Origin: an uncultured Rhizobium sp.
GTDB lineage: Bacteria; Pseudomonadota; Alphaproteobacteria; Rickettsiales; UBA1997
Length of the DNA: 64,000 bases
Direction: 5' to 3'
Assembly (NCBI GenBank): GCA_964447395.1
Contig: CAYUSO010000005.1
Location: forward strand, 30,376 to 94,375
Shown here: one piece after another, positions 28,714 to 37,048 of the stretch
Position numbering within the stretch: position 1 is the first letter of the stretch
How the letters are laid out: each line of letters opens with the position of its first letter
The notes under the pieces: generated by a model
Database searches by the model: none
What the model saw: only the letters and a program-made list of their open reading frames with translations
What the model was told of the DNA's origin: nothing
Made by a program: the position numbers and the translations under genes

Positions 28714-29387
28714 ATAAAATTTCTATTATAATCATCGAAGATGAGGTCGAAATTTGTAAATTTTTGCAGACGGTTTTTGTCGCGAATGATTTTATCGTGA
28801 AGGTCGCAAATAGCGCGAAAGAAGGCTTGAAGGCAATTTCTTTTCATCCGCCAGAAATCGTAATTCTTGATTTAGGATTACCGGATTTGGATGGAATTGA
28901 GGTGATAAAAAATATTCGCCAATGGTCACAAATTCCGATAATAGTTTTATCGGCGCGTGGACAAGAAGAAGAGAAGGTGAGGGCGCTGGAAGTTGGAGCG
29001 AATGATTATCTAACTAAGCCTTTTGGAACCGCGGAATTATTGGCTAGAATCAAAGTCGCAATGCGTCATTTAAACAAAAATTCTTCACTGATTTTTGAAG
29101 TGGATGAGTTGAAAATCGACTTGGAAAATCGTCGTGTTTTTTTGCAAAAAGAAGAAATTCATCTCACAAAAATCGAATATAAATTGCTCTCAATTTTGGC
29201 AAAAAATGCTGGAAAAGTTTTAACTCATTCACAACTTTTGCAGGAAGTTTGGGGGAAAAATTCGACGGAGAATGGACATTATTTGCGCATCTATACACAG
29301 CATTTGCGGGAAAAATTGCGCGATAACCCGCTGAGTCCGAAATATGTTTTTACAGAAGTTGGGGTGGGATATCGGTTTAGGGGATGA
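28710..29387 (+). CDS. OmpR/KdpE-family response regulator
   Basis: Start revised to MNKISIIIIEDEVEI (ATGA overlap with the kinase). Receiver domain (ILDLGLPDLDG, LSARG, GANDYLTKPF) plus winged helix (YLRIYTQHLREKL, GVGYRF). Confidence 0.8.
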   Translation: MNKISIIIIEDEVEICKFLQTVFVANDFIVKVANSAKEGLKAISFHPPEIVILDLGLPDLDGIEVIKNIRQWSQIPIIVLSARGQEEEKVRALEVGANDYLTKPFGTAELLARIKVAMRHLNKNSSLIFEVDELKIDLENRRVFLQKEEIHLTKIEYKLLSILAKNAGKVLTHSQLLQEVWGKNSTENGHYLRIYTQHLREKLRDNPLSPKYVFTEVGVGYRFRG

Positions 29388-29477
29388 AAAAAGGGAAGCT
29401 GGGCTGGGGAAGGATGATTTTGAGAGCCTTCCTTCGCTAAAGCTGGCCTGCCAGCCGAAGCTCATAAGAGCGAAGGC

Positions 29478-29552
29478 TGGAGCGGGCGAAGGGATTCGAA
29501 CCCTCGACATCCACCTTGGCAAGGTGGCACTCTACCACTGAGCTACGCCCGC
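29478..29552 (-). tRNA. tRNA-Gly (anticodon GCC), CCA encoded
   Basis: The reverse complement GCGGGCGTAGCTCAGTGGTAGAGTGCCACCTTGCCAAGGTGGATGTCGAGGGTTCGAATCCCTTCGCCCGCTCCA folds as a cloverleaf with a 7-bp acceptor stem, anticodon loop TTGCCAA and a TTCGAAT T-loop. Confidence 0.93.
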
Positions 29553-29565
29553 TTTGCTCGTCGGC

Positions 29566-29668
29566 TTTTGAGCGATCTCGGGGTTTTTCGGAACGGCCTT
29601 CGTCGATCATGTATGCTGAATACACTCACTCCTCAGTCCATTCCGAAAAACCCCGACCTCACTCAAAA
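29566..29668. repeat. Long imperfect hairpin (about 30-nt arms) upstream of tRNA-Gly; single copy in window
   Basis: ttttgagcgatctcggggtttttcggaacgg ... ccattccgaaaaaccccgacctcactcaaaa. Confidence 0.6.
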
Positions 29669-29822
29669 TCCTTAGAGCAAAATTCCTGAATTTTTTGGGG
29701 AAGATTTTCTGAAAAAAAACAAGGCGGCGGAAGCTAGGAATCGAAAAATAATTTGCAATGTTGAATCTGAAAATTAGCTTCGCGCGTCTGCTTTCCACCC
29801 TTTATTTTCAAGCTTCCTCGAT

Positions 29823-30428
29823 ATGAAAATCTCAAAACTATTTTGTGTTTTTGCGCTAATTTTTGCTAGTTCATGTGTTGAAACTGTGATTGTTGGATCA
29901 GTTGCTGGAGGCGCATTGGTAGTGCGCGAGAAGAGTTTAAATGACACTCGCAGCGACATCATGATCTCAACTCAGCTCGGCGCAAAATTTGTTGCAAATG
30001 GTTTAAAAAATCCGGGAAATTCCATCGATATCACTGTTAATGAAGCTAGGGTTTTGCTCACTGGAATTGCTCGCGATCCAGAAAAGGCAAAGCTTGCGCA
30101 AGAATTGGCTTGGAAAGTTAAAGGCGTAAAAGAAGTGATTGATGAAATACAAGTTCACACTGATGGCGAGTTTCATTTGCGAGATTTTTCCACTGCTTTT
30201 CGTGATTACTTAATCACCTCTGAAATCGAAAGTAGACTGCTTTTTGCGCGCGACATCTCTACCATAAATTTCCAAGTGACCACAGTTGATGGCACGGTTT
30301 ATCTACTTGGAGTGGCTGATGATGATTTTGAAATGCGTCGTGTTTTGGCGATCGTTTCAAAAACTCGCGGTGTCGTAAAAGTCGTTAATCACGCAATTCT
30401 CGAAGATGACAGCAGAAGACGCAGCTAA
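29823..30428 (+). CDS. Dual-BON-domain lipoprotein (DolP/YraP-like)
   Basis: Lipobox FASSCVE followed by two BON-like repeats (VNEARVLLTGIA..., TVDGTVYLLGVA...), 201 aa. Confidence 0.7.
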   Translation: MKISKLFCVFALIFASSCVETVIVGSVAGGALVVREKSLNDTRSDIMISTQLGAKFVANGLKNPGNSIDITVNEARVLLTGIARDPEKAKLAQELAWKVKGVKEVIDEIQVHTDGEFHLRDFSTAFRDYLITSEIESRLLFARDISTINFQVTTVDGTVYLLGVADDDFEMRRVLAIVSKTRGVVKVVNHAILEDDSRRRS

Positions 30429-31821
30429 CCAAATCATCACTTTCGGTTGCCGCTTAAACGCCTATGAATCTGAGGCGATCAAAGAAGCTCTAAAAAAATC
30501 CGATCAAAAAAATCTTATCGTTTTTAATTCCTGTGCCGTCACGAGTGAGGCGGAGCGCGAGTTGCGGAGTGCAGTGCGCAAAGCGCGTAAAAATAATCCG
30601 CAAGCAAAAATTGTTGTCACTGGCTGCGCCGCGCAAGTCGATCCCGAAAAATATGCGAAGATGGAGGAGGTGGATTTAGTGTTGGGGAATGGGGAGAAAT
30701 CAAGATCTGAGAGTTATGATTTTAGTCGTAAGTCGAAAGTCGTAAGTCGTAAGTCGGGAGTTGAGTCGGATGGACTTACGACTTACGACTTACGACTTAC
30801 AACTAGCAACGAAATCGCTCACAAAAACCACATTTTTTCTGAAGCTAAAAAATCCTCACAAGTTTTTCTAACCCCGTCTGAAACCGCTAAAATCAAGGTT
30901 AACGACATAATGTCGGTGCGCGATACTGCGCCGCAATTAGTCAGTTATTTCGAAAATCAAACTCGCGCTTTTTTAGAAATTCAAAATGGCTGTAATCATC
31001 GTTGCACTTTTTGCATAATCCCGTTTGGCCGCGGAAATAGCCGCTCGGTGGCGTTAGGTGAAATTGTTTCGCAGGTGAAAAAAATGGTTGCCGCAGGGCA
31101 TCGCGAAGTGGTTTTAACCGGAGTTGATATTTCTGGTTATGGTGAAGATTTGGCGATTAAAATCACCTTGTCGCAGATGATAAAGCGCCTGCTCAAGCTG
31201 GTTCCCGAGCTTCCGCGTTTGCGACTTTCTTCGGTTGATGTGGCGGAAATCGACGAAGATTTTTTTGAGATTTTGGCCAGCGAGCCGCGATTAATGCCTT
31301 ATCTCCACTTAAGCGTGCAGTCGGGAGACGATGTAATTTTGAAGCGCATGAAGCGTCGTCACAATCGCGCGCAGATTTTAGAATTTTGTGCGAAGGCGCG
31401 CCAAATCAGGCCAGAGATGAGTTTCGGCGCTGACATCATCGCCGGATTTCCAACAGAAACCGACGAAATGTTTGAAAATTCTTTGCGCCTGATTTCAGAA
31501 GCGGGACTAAGTTTTTTACATGTTTTTCCTTATTCAAAACGCGAAGGAACTCCAGCCGCAAAAATGCCGCAAGTTAATGGCAAAATCATCAAAGAACGCT
31601 CGCGTTTGCTGCGTGAAGCGGGTGAGGCAGAGCTACAAAAATTACTGCAAAAACAACTCGGAAAAACTCTGCGTGTGTTGATCGAAAAAGACGGAATCGG
31701 CAAAGCAGAAAATTTTTTGGATGTGAAAATTTCTGGTGATGATAAAAACGCAAAACCCGGCGAGATCACAGAAGTCAAGGTTTTGGGAGTTGAAGGAAAA
31801 TTTCTAACTGCAATTCTTTAA
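30406..31821 (+). CDS. mtaB: Radical-SAM methylthiotransferase, MiaB-like/MtaB type
   Basis: MTTase N-domain (ITFGCRLNAYESE, VVTGCAAQ), radical SAM motif NGCNHRCTFCIIP, and a TRAM-like C-terminus. It carries a repeat-derived insertion. Confidence 0.85.
   Translation: MTAEDAANQIITFGCRLNAYESEAIKEALKKSDQKNLIVFNSCAVTSEAERELRSAVRKARKNNPQAKIVVTGCAAQVDPEKYAKMEEVDLVLGNGEKSRSESYDFSRKSKVVSRKSGVESDGLTTYDLRLTTSNEIAHKNHIFSEAKKSSQVFLTPSETAKIKVNDIMSVRDTAPQLVSYFENQTRAFLEIQNGCNHRCTFCIIPFGRGNSRSVALGEIVSQVKKMVAAGHREVVLTGVDISGYGEDLAIKITLSQMIKRLLKLVPELPRLRLSSVDVAEIDEDFFEILASEPRLMPYLHLSVQSGDDVILKRMKRRHNRAQILEFCAKARQIRPEMSFGADIIAGFPTETDEMFENSLRLISEAGLSFLHVFPYSKREGTPAAKMPQVNGKIIKERSRLLREAGEAELQKLLQKQLGKTLRVLIEKDGIGKAENFLDVKISGDDKNAKPGEITEVKVLGVEGKFLTAIL
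30724..30804. repeat. Palindromic repeat family D (reiterated GTCGTAA / TTACGAC units) inside the mtaB reading frame
   Basis: agtcgtaagtcgaaagtcgtaagtcgtaagtcg-ggagttgagtcggatg-gacttacgacttacgacttacgacttacaact. It is 81 bp (27 codons), in frame. Confidence 0.9.
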
Positions 31822-31843
31822 CACTAAAAATGAGAACCACACC

Positions 31844-32872
31844 ATGAAAAAACCACTGCAAAATTACGTTTCAACTTTAGAGAATCTTAAAAAACAAATC
31901 AGAGAGACTCGTCTCAAAGCCGCTCTATCAGTGAATTCAGAGCTGATTCGACTTTATTGGAAAATCGGTAAAGTGATTTTAGAAAAACAAGAATCAGCAA
32001 AATGGGGCGATAAAATTCTGGAAAATTTTTCTAAAGATTTGTCGGAAGAATTTCCGGATATGAAGGGATTTTCGGTGCAAAATCTAAAATACATGAAACG
32101 TTTTGCCGCTGAGTATGATGAAAATGAATTTGGTCAACAGGCTGTTTACCAAATCCCTTGGGGTCACAATGTGATGTTGATTTATTCAGTTAAAGACAAA
32201 ACAGAACGTGAATTCTACATCAAGCAAACCATTGCCAATGGCTGGTCGCGCAATGTTTTGCAAATGCAAATTAGCACGAATCTTTTTCGCAGACGGGGAA
32301 AAACAATTAATAATTTTCAGCGCACTTTGCCGCAGGCGCAATCGGATCTCGTCAATCAAACTCTGAAAGATCCTTACATTTTTGATTTTTTGACGATCGG
32401 CAAAGAAGCGCATGAGCGCGAAGTGGAAAAATCCCTCGTCACTTGCGTCGAAAAATTTTTGCTTGAACTCGGAAAAGGCTTCGCATTTGTTGGTCGCCAA
32501 TATCACTTAAAAGTTGGCGATGAAGATTTTTATATCGATTTACTTTTTTATCACATTCATCTGAAAAGCTACGTGGTTGTTGAGCTCAAGTCCGGTAAGT
32601 TTAAACCAGAAGATGCGGGAAAATTAAATTTTTATCTCTCCGCAATTGACGCTGAGATCAAGCGCGACGACGATAATTCCTCGATTGGAATTTTGCTTTG
32701 CAGCGGAAAAAATGGTTTGACCGCCGAATATTCTTTGCGCGGAATCAGCAAGCCAATTGGGGTTGCGAGCTACGAAATCACCGAAAAACTTCCGAAAAAT
32801 TTAAAAACTCAATTGCCGACAATCGCTGAACTTGAAGCGGAACTCGGAAAAAAATTTAAACAAAAATCATGA
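31844..32872 (+). CDS. PDDEXK nuclease family protein YhcG-like (DUF1016)
   Basis: DPYIFDFL, GKGFAFVGRQYHLKVGDEDFYIDLLFYHIHLKSYVVVELK (D...E.K nuclease core). ATGA overlap with lysK. Confidence 0.8.
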   Translation: MKKPLQNYVSTLENLKKQIRETRLKAALSVNSELIRLYWKIGKVILEKQESAKWGDKILENFSKDLSEEFPDMKGFSVQNLKYMKRFAAEYDENEFGQQAVYQIPWGHNVMLIYSVKDKTEREFYIKQTIANGWSRNVLQMQISTNLFRRRGKTINNFQRTLPQAQSDLVNQTLKDPYIFDFLTIGKEAHEREVEKSLVTCVEKFLLELGKGFAFVGRQYHLKVGDEDFYIDLLFYHIHLKSYVVVELKSGKFKPEDAGKLNFYLSAIDAEIKRDDDNSSIGILLCSGKNGLTAEYSLRGISKPIGVASYEITEKLPKNLKTQLPTIAELEAELGKKFKQKS

Positions 32873-34446
32873 CAATTTCACAAAAATCTTACCTCGAATC
32901 AAAAGCTTGGCCGTTTGAAGAAGCGCGCAGAATTTTAGAAAAACTTGGCGGAAAAACTCCGGCGAAAGGTTTTGTTTTGTTTGAAACTGGCTATGGCCCG
33001 TCTGGTTTGCCGCATATTGGAACTTTTGGTGAAGTGGTGCGAACTTCGTTTGTGCGTCACGCTTTTTCGTTAATTGCACCGCAAATTCCGACCAAAATGT
33101 TTTGTGTTTCTGATGATATTGATGGCTTGCGCAAAGTGCCAGACAACTTGCCGCAGCAAGAAATGATTCGCGCCAATTTGGGCAAACCACTCACTTCAGT
33201 TCCTGATCCTTTTGGCACGCATGAATCTTACGGACATAACATGAACGCGCGTCTGCGTAGCTTTCTCGATGGTTTTGGTTTTGAATATGAATTTATTTCT
33301 GCAACAGAAAAATATAAATCTGGCGCATTTGATGCTACAATGCTGCGCGTTTTAGAAAAATATGAAGAGCTGATGGAGCTAATGCTGCCAACGCTTGGAG
33401 CTGAGCGTCAAGAAACTTATTCGCCATTTATGCCAATTGATCCTGAATCAGGAATTGTGATTGATAAAGGCGTGAAAGGCATCAACAAAGAAAAAGGAAC
33501 CGTGATTTATGTTGATGGCAATGGCAAAGAAAAAGAAATTCCGGTGACTGGTGGCAATTGCAAATTGCAATGGAAAATCGATTTCGGAGCGCGCTGGTAT
33601 TCGCTTGGCGTTGATTATGAAATTTATGGAAAAGATCATCAACCAAATGAAAAAATTTATCGTTCAGTGTGCAAAATTTTAGGCGGAATTCCGCCGGTAA
33701 ATTTCACTTACGAAATGTTTTTATCAGACACGGGCGAAAAAATTTCTAAATCGAAAGGAAATGGAATTTCGGTGGAAGATTGGTTGAAATATGCCCCGTC
33801 TGAATCGATGGCGCTTTACATGTATCAAAAACCAAAAACCGCCAAGCGACTTTATTTTGATGTGATCCCGAAAGCGATGGATGAATATTTAACTTTTGCG
33901 CAAAGTTTTGAAAAACAGGATGAGCTTGCGAAGCTAGATAATCCGGCCTTCCACATTCATAGCGGAAAAATTCCGGCGATTAATTTTAATTTAACTTATT
34001 CGCTTTTGCTAAATTTAGCGAGCGCCTGCAACCCAGAAAATGACGCGGTGCTTTGGGGTTTTATTTCAAAATATCAGGAAGGATTAACGCCAGAAAATGC
34101 TCCGCTTTTGAAAAAAATGGTTCATTGCGCGATTGCTTATTACAACGATTTTATCCGCAAAAATAAAAAATTTAGAGAGGCGACAGAAGCAGAGAAATCG
34201 GCACTTAGCGAGCTTTGCGTTGAATTAAAAAAATTTCCAAAAGAGCAAGCTCACGATGGTGCTTTGCTACAAAATCTAGTTTTCCAAATCGGCAAAAATC
34301 ACGGTTATGAGCAAAAAATGCGCGATTGGTTTTTAGCGCTTTACCAAATTCTCCTCGGCCAAGACCAGGGCCCACGGATGGGCTCGTTTATTGCGCTTTT
34401 TGGAGTGGAGAATTTTGTGAAGTTGGTGGGGGAGAAAGCAGCCTAA
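32869..34446 (+). CDS. lysK: Lysyl-tRNA synthetase, class I
   Basis: SGLPHIGTFGEVVRT (HIGH) and KISKSKGNG (KMSKS), 525 aa. The class I type is typical of alphaproteobacteria. Confidence 0.92.
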   Translation: MTISQKSYLESKAWPFEEARRILEKLGGKTPAKGFVLFETGYGPSGLPHIGTFGEVVRTSFVRHAFSLIAPQIPTKMFCVSDDIDGLRKVPDNLPQQEMIRANLGKPLTSVPDPFGTHESYGHNMNARLRSFLDGFGFEYEFISATEKYKSGAFDATMLRVLEKYEELMELMLPTLGAERQETYSPFMPIDPESGIVIDKGVKGINKEKGTVIYVDGNGKEKEIPVTGGNCKLQWKIDFGARWYSLGVDYEIYGKDHQPNEKIYRSVCKILGGIPPVNFTYEMFLSDTGEKISKSKGNGISVEDWLKYAPSESMALYMYQKPKTAKRLYFDVIPKAMDEYLTFAQSFEKQDELAKLDNPAFHIHSGKIPAINFNLTYSLLLNLASACNPENDAVLWGFISKYQEGLTPENAPLLKKMVHCAIAYYNDFIRKNKKFREATEAEKSALSELCVELKKFPKEQAHDGALLQNLVFQIGKNHGYEQKMRDWFLALYQILLGQDQGPRMGSFIALFGVENFVKLVGEKAA

Positions 34447-34483
34447 GTGGCTTCCGTGATAGAAGAAGGTTTTTGAGAATTAT

Positions 34484-34538
34484 TTACCCCTCACCCTAAC
34501 CCTCTCCCACAAGGGGAGAGGGTTAGGGTGAGGGGTAA
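34484..34538. repeat. Family C palindrome (best-preserved copy); likely bidirectional terminator hairpin
   Basis: ttacccctcaccctaaccctctcccacaaggggagagggttagggtgaggggtaa, between the convergent lysK and alaS N-fragment and 7 nt from the alaS-N stop codon. Confidence 0.9.
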
Positions 34539-34545
34539 GTAAACT

Positions 34546-35328
34546 CTAAACAACCTTCCGCACTTCCGAAACCAAATTCAAAAACACATCTGTTTCATAA
34601 TTATCATGCTTGCCTTGCAGCACTGAGGCGATGCGCTCTAAGCCCATTCCGGTGTCGATGCATGGTTTTGGAAGTGGGTTCATTTTTCCGTCTTTTTGCT
34701 TTTCGAATTGCATGAAAACCAAATTCCAAATTTCGATGAAGCGGTCGCCATCTTGATCTTTTGAGCCCGGAACTCCGCCGAAAATTTTATCGCCGTGATC
34801 GTAAAAAATTTCCGAGCAAGGACCACAAGGGCCAACATCGCCCATTGACCAGAAGTTGTCGTCGGTTGCGATGCGAATTATTTTTTCGTCATTTAATCCG
34901 GCGATTTTTTTCCAAAAATTTGCTGCTTCATCATCATTGTGATAGACTGTTACGAGCAGCTTTTCGCGGTTAATTCCAAATTCCTCGGTAAGCAAATTCC
35001 ACGCATAAAAAATTGCTTCTTCCTTAAAATAATCGCCGAAAGAAAAATTCCCAAGCATCTCGAAAAAAGTGTGATGGCGCGCAGTGAATCCGACATTGTC
35101 GAGGTCATTATGTTTTCCGCCGGCGCGCACGCATTTTTGCGAGGTGGCAGCGCGTTTGAATTTTGGAATTTCCACGCCGGTAAAGTAATTTTTAAACTGA
35201 TTCATTCCCGCATTTGTAAACATCAAAGTTGGATCGTTATGCGGAATTAGTGGGCTCGACGGCAAAATCTCATGTCCGTTTTTAGCGAAATAATCGAGAA
35301 ATTTTTGACGGATTTGGTTGGTAAGCAT
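34546..35328 (-). CDS. alaS: Alanyl-tRNA synthetase, N-terminal fragment (catalytic core, residues about 1-260)
   Basis: [65 protein letters not shown] and [14 protein letters not shown]. The ORF stops at ...VSEVRKVV*. Confidence 0.9.
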   Translation of the reverse strand: MLTNQIRQKFLDYFAKNGHEILPSSPLIPHNDPTLMFTNAGMNQFKNYFTGVEIPKFKRAATSQKCVRAGGKHNDLDNVGFTARHHTFFEMLGNFSFGDYFKEEAIFYAWNLLTEEFGINREKLLVTVYHNDDEAANFWKKIAGLNDEKIIRIATDDNFWSMGDVGPCGPCSEIFYDHGDKIFGGVPGSKDQDGDRFIEIWNLVFMQFEKQKDGKMNPLPKPCIDTGMGLERIASVLQGKHDNYETDVFLNLVSEVRKVV

Positions 35329-35331
35329 AAA

Positions 35332-35400
35332 AGTCGTAAGTTGTAAGTCGTAGGTCGTAAGTCGTAATCAAACTTGCGGTCTGACCTACGACTTACGACC
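35332..35400. repeat. Family D palindrome (asymmetric arms)
   Basis: agtcgtaagttgtaagtcgtaggtcgtaagtcgtaa...acctacgacttacgacc, lying exactly between the rnpB 3' end and the alaS N-fragment ATG. Confidence 0.85.
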
Positions 35401-35401
35401 A

Positions 35402-35869
35402 AAATGTAAGACAAGAATAAGCCGGATTTTGTGCCTAATTTCTTAGGTGATGATCATTCATCTGGGATCAACATCGCTGTTGACCTCAAGCAGTCTACCC
35501 GAATGGCGATGCGGGAGAACATTTGGTTTTTGCAACCACGCCATTCCTATTTGACCTTGCTCTAGATAGGGTTTTTCCAAATCCATGTTGCCATAGAAGC
35601 GTGTGAGCTCTTACCTCGCATTTTCACTTTTACTTATCTGCACCCCCATCGTCGCGCTAACGCGTCGACTCGATCCCCCCTAGATAGGGGGATCATGGGC
35701 GCAAAAAAGAAACATATTCTCTGTGACACTTTCCCTCAGAAGCCTTATGTGTTCAGGCTCCGTGGCCAGCCGTTAGCTGGTATCATTCTCCCGAAGAGTC
35801 CGGACTTTCCTCTGATTTTCAAACCCATTGCTGGGTTAAAATCAGCGATCATCTACTTGCCTTACAAGT
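35402..35869 (-). ncRNA. rnpB: RNase P RNA (bacterial type A)
   Basis: The minus strand contains GAGGAAAGTCCGGACTC after a P3 hairpin (CTGATTTTAACCC...GGGTTTGAAAATCAG). P1 pairs TGTAAGGCAAG with CTTGTCTTACA, P2 pairs GATGATC with GATCATC, and the 3' region has ACAAAATCCGGCTTA. The ends are approximate. Confidence 0.85.
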
Positions 35870-35924
35870 TCGCGAACTTAAGGTGCGCGGCCTTTAAAGA
35901 CAATTAGCAATTGATCAAATTTTA

Positions 35925-36911
35925 ATGAAAACCGTTCTTTCAGGAATCCAACCAACCGGAAATCTTCATCTCGGAAATTATCTCGGATCAATCCGTAATT
36001 GGATTGATTTGCAGCAAACTCACCGTTGCATTTTTGGTGTGATGAATTTGCACGCAATCACGCTGCCACAGGATCCGCAAGAATTACGAAAAAATGTTTT
36101 GGATGCGGCTGCTGTTTATTTGGCTTGCGGTTTAGATCCAAAAAAATCGTCGATTTTTGTGCAAAGTGATGTGGCGGAGCATACAGAATTGGCGTGGGTT
36201 CTTGGCACATTAACCCCGATGGGTTGGTTGAATCGCATGACGCAGTTTAAGGAGAAATCTGCGGAAAATGAAAATCTCGGCCTCTACGCCTATCCAACTC
36301 TAATGGCTGCTGATATTTTACTTTATCGCGCCGATCTCGTGCCGGTTGGCGAAGATCAAAAACAGCATCTCGAACTTACTCGCGACATCGCTGGCGCTTT
36401 TAATCGCCGCTTCGGAATCGAATATTTCAAATTGCCTGAGCCGATGATTTTAAAGTCAGTAGCGCGCATCATGTCGCTGCAAGATGGCACGAAAAAAATG
36501 AGCAAATCGGATGAGTCGGATCTCTCGCGCATCAATCTCACTGACACGCCGGAAGAGATTGTGAAAAAAATCAAAAAAGCGAAAACCGATTCGCTCACTT
36601 CTATCACTTTTGACGAAGCTAATTCCCTCGGACGTCCAGAAATTTACAATTTACTCAACATCTTCTCCGCCGCGTCTGGCAAAGCTTCAGCCGACATCGC
36701 GAAAGAATATGAAACGTCGGGATACGGAAAATTCAAAAATGATTTGGCGGAAAGTTTAGTCGAAAAATTGCGCCCAATTCAAGAAAATCTAAAACGCTTC
36801 AAGCAAGACCAATCCTACATCAAACAAGTTTTGAGCGACGGAAAAAATGCGGCGCGCGAAGTGGCGCAAAAAACTAAAAAAGAAGTTTTTGAGATCGTAG
36901 GATTATTATAG
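35925..36911 (+). CDS. trpS: Tryptophanyl-tRNA synthetase
   Basis: SGIQPTGNLHLGNYLG, GEDQKQHLELTRD and KMSKSD. Confidence 0.95.
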   Translation: MKTVLSGIQPTGNLHLGNYLGSIRNWIDLQQTHRCIFGVMNLHAITLPQDPQELRKNVLDAAAVYLACGLDPKKSSIFVQSDVAEHTELAWVLGTLTPMGWLNRMTQFKEKSAENENLGLYAYPTLMAADILLYRADLVPVGEDQKQHLELTRDIAGAFNRRFGIEYFKLPEPMILKSVARIMSLQDGTKKMSKSDESDLSRINLTDTPEEIVKKIKKAKTDSLTSITFDEANSLGRPEIYNLLNIFSAASGKASADIAKEYETSGYGKFKNDLAESLVEKLRPIQENLKRFKQDQSYIKQVLSDGKNAAREVAQKTKKEVFEIVGLL

Positions 36912-36912
36912 A

Positions 36913-37028
36913 ACAGCTCCCTGAGCGGAGTCGAGGGGTCGGCAAGCCAAACTCAACAGCGAATTTGTTAATGCCGAAAACAGCCGTTTAGGACTGTTTT
37001 CTCCCCTCGACTCCGCTCGGGGAGCTGT
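36913..37028. repeat. Family B palindrome with enlarged spacer containing a second hairpin
   Basis: acagctccctgagcggagtcgagggg ... gaaaacagccgtttaggactgttttc ... cccctcgactccgctcggggagctgt, between trpS and nadA. Confidence 0.85.
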
Positions 37029-37048
37029 CTTCATAAATTAAATAGAGA

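Noticed and set aside
30724-30804. Possible CRISPR-like array of short GTCGTAA repeats (also at 35332-35400).
   Set aside because: The units are only 6-7 nt with no spacers. The two halves are reverse complements forming a hairpin, one copy is inside an ORF, and no cas genes are present. This is a palindromic repeat, not a CRISPR array.
34546-35328. Split intein as an explanation for the split alaS.
   Set aside because: The N-fragment ends in native AlaRS sequence and a stop codon, with no roughly 100-aa Cys/Ser-initiated intein-N. The C-fragment starts only a few residues before the conserved IADH motif, with no intein-C (no ...HN followed by C/S/T).
35695-35907. 70-aa ORF in the track (MGAKKKHILCDTF...).
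   Set aside because: It lies entirely within, and antisense to, the RNase P RNA gene, so it is a chance ORF.
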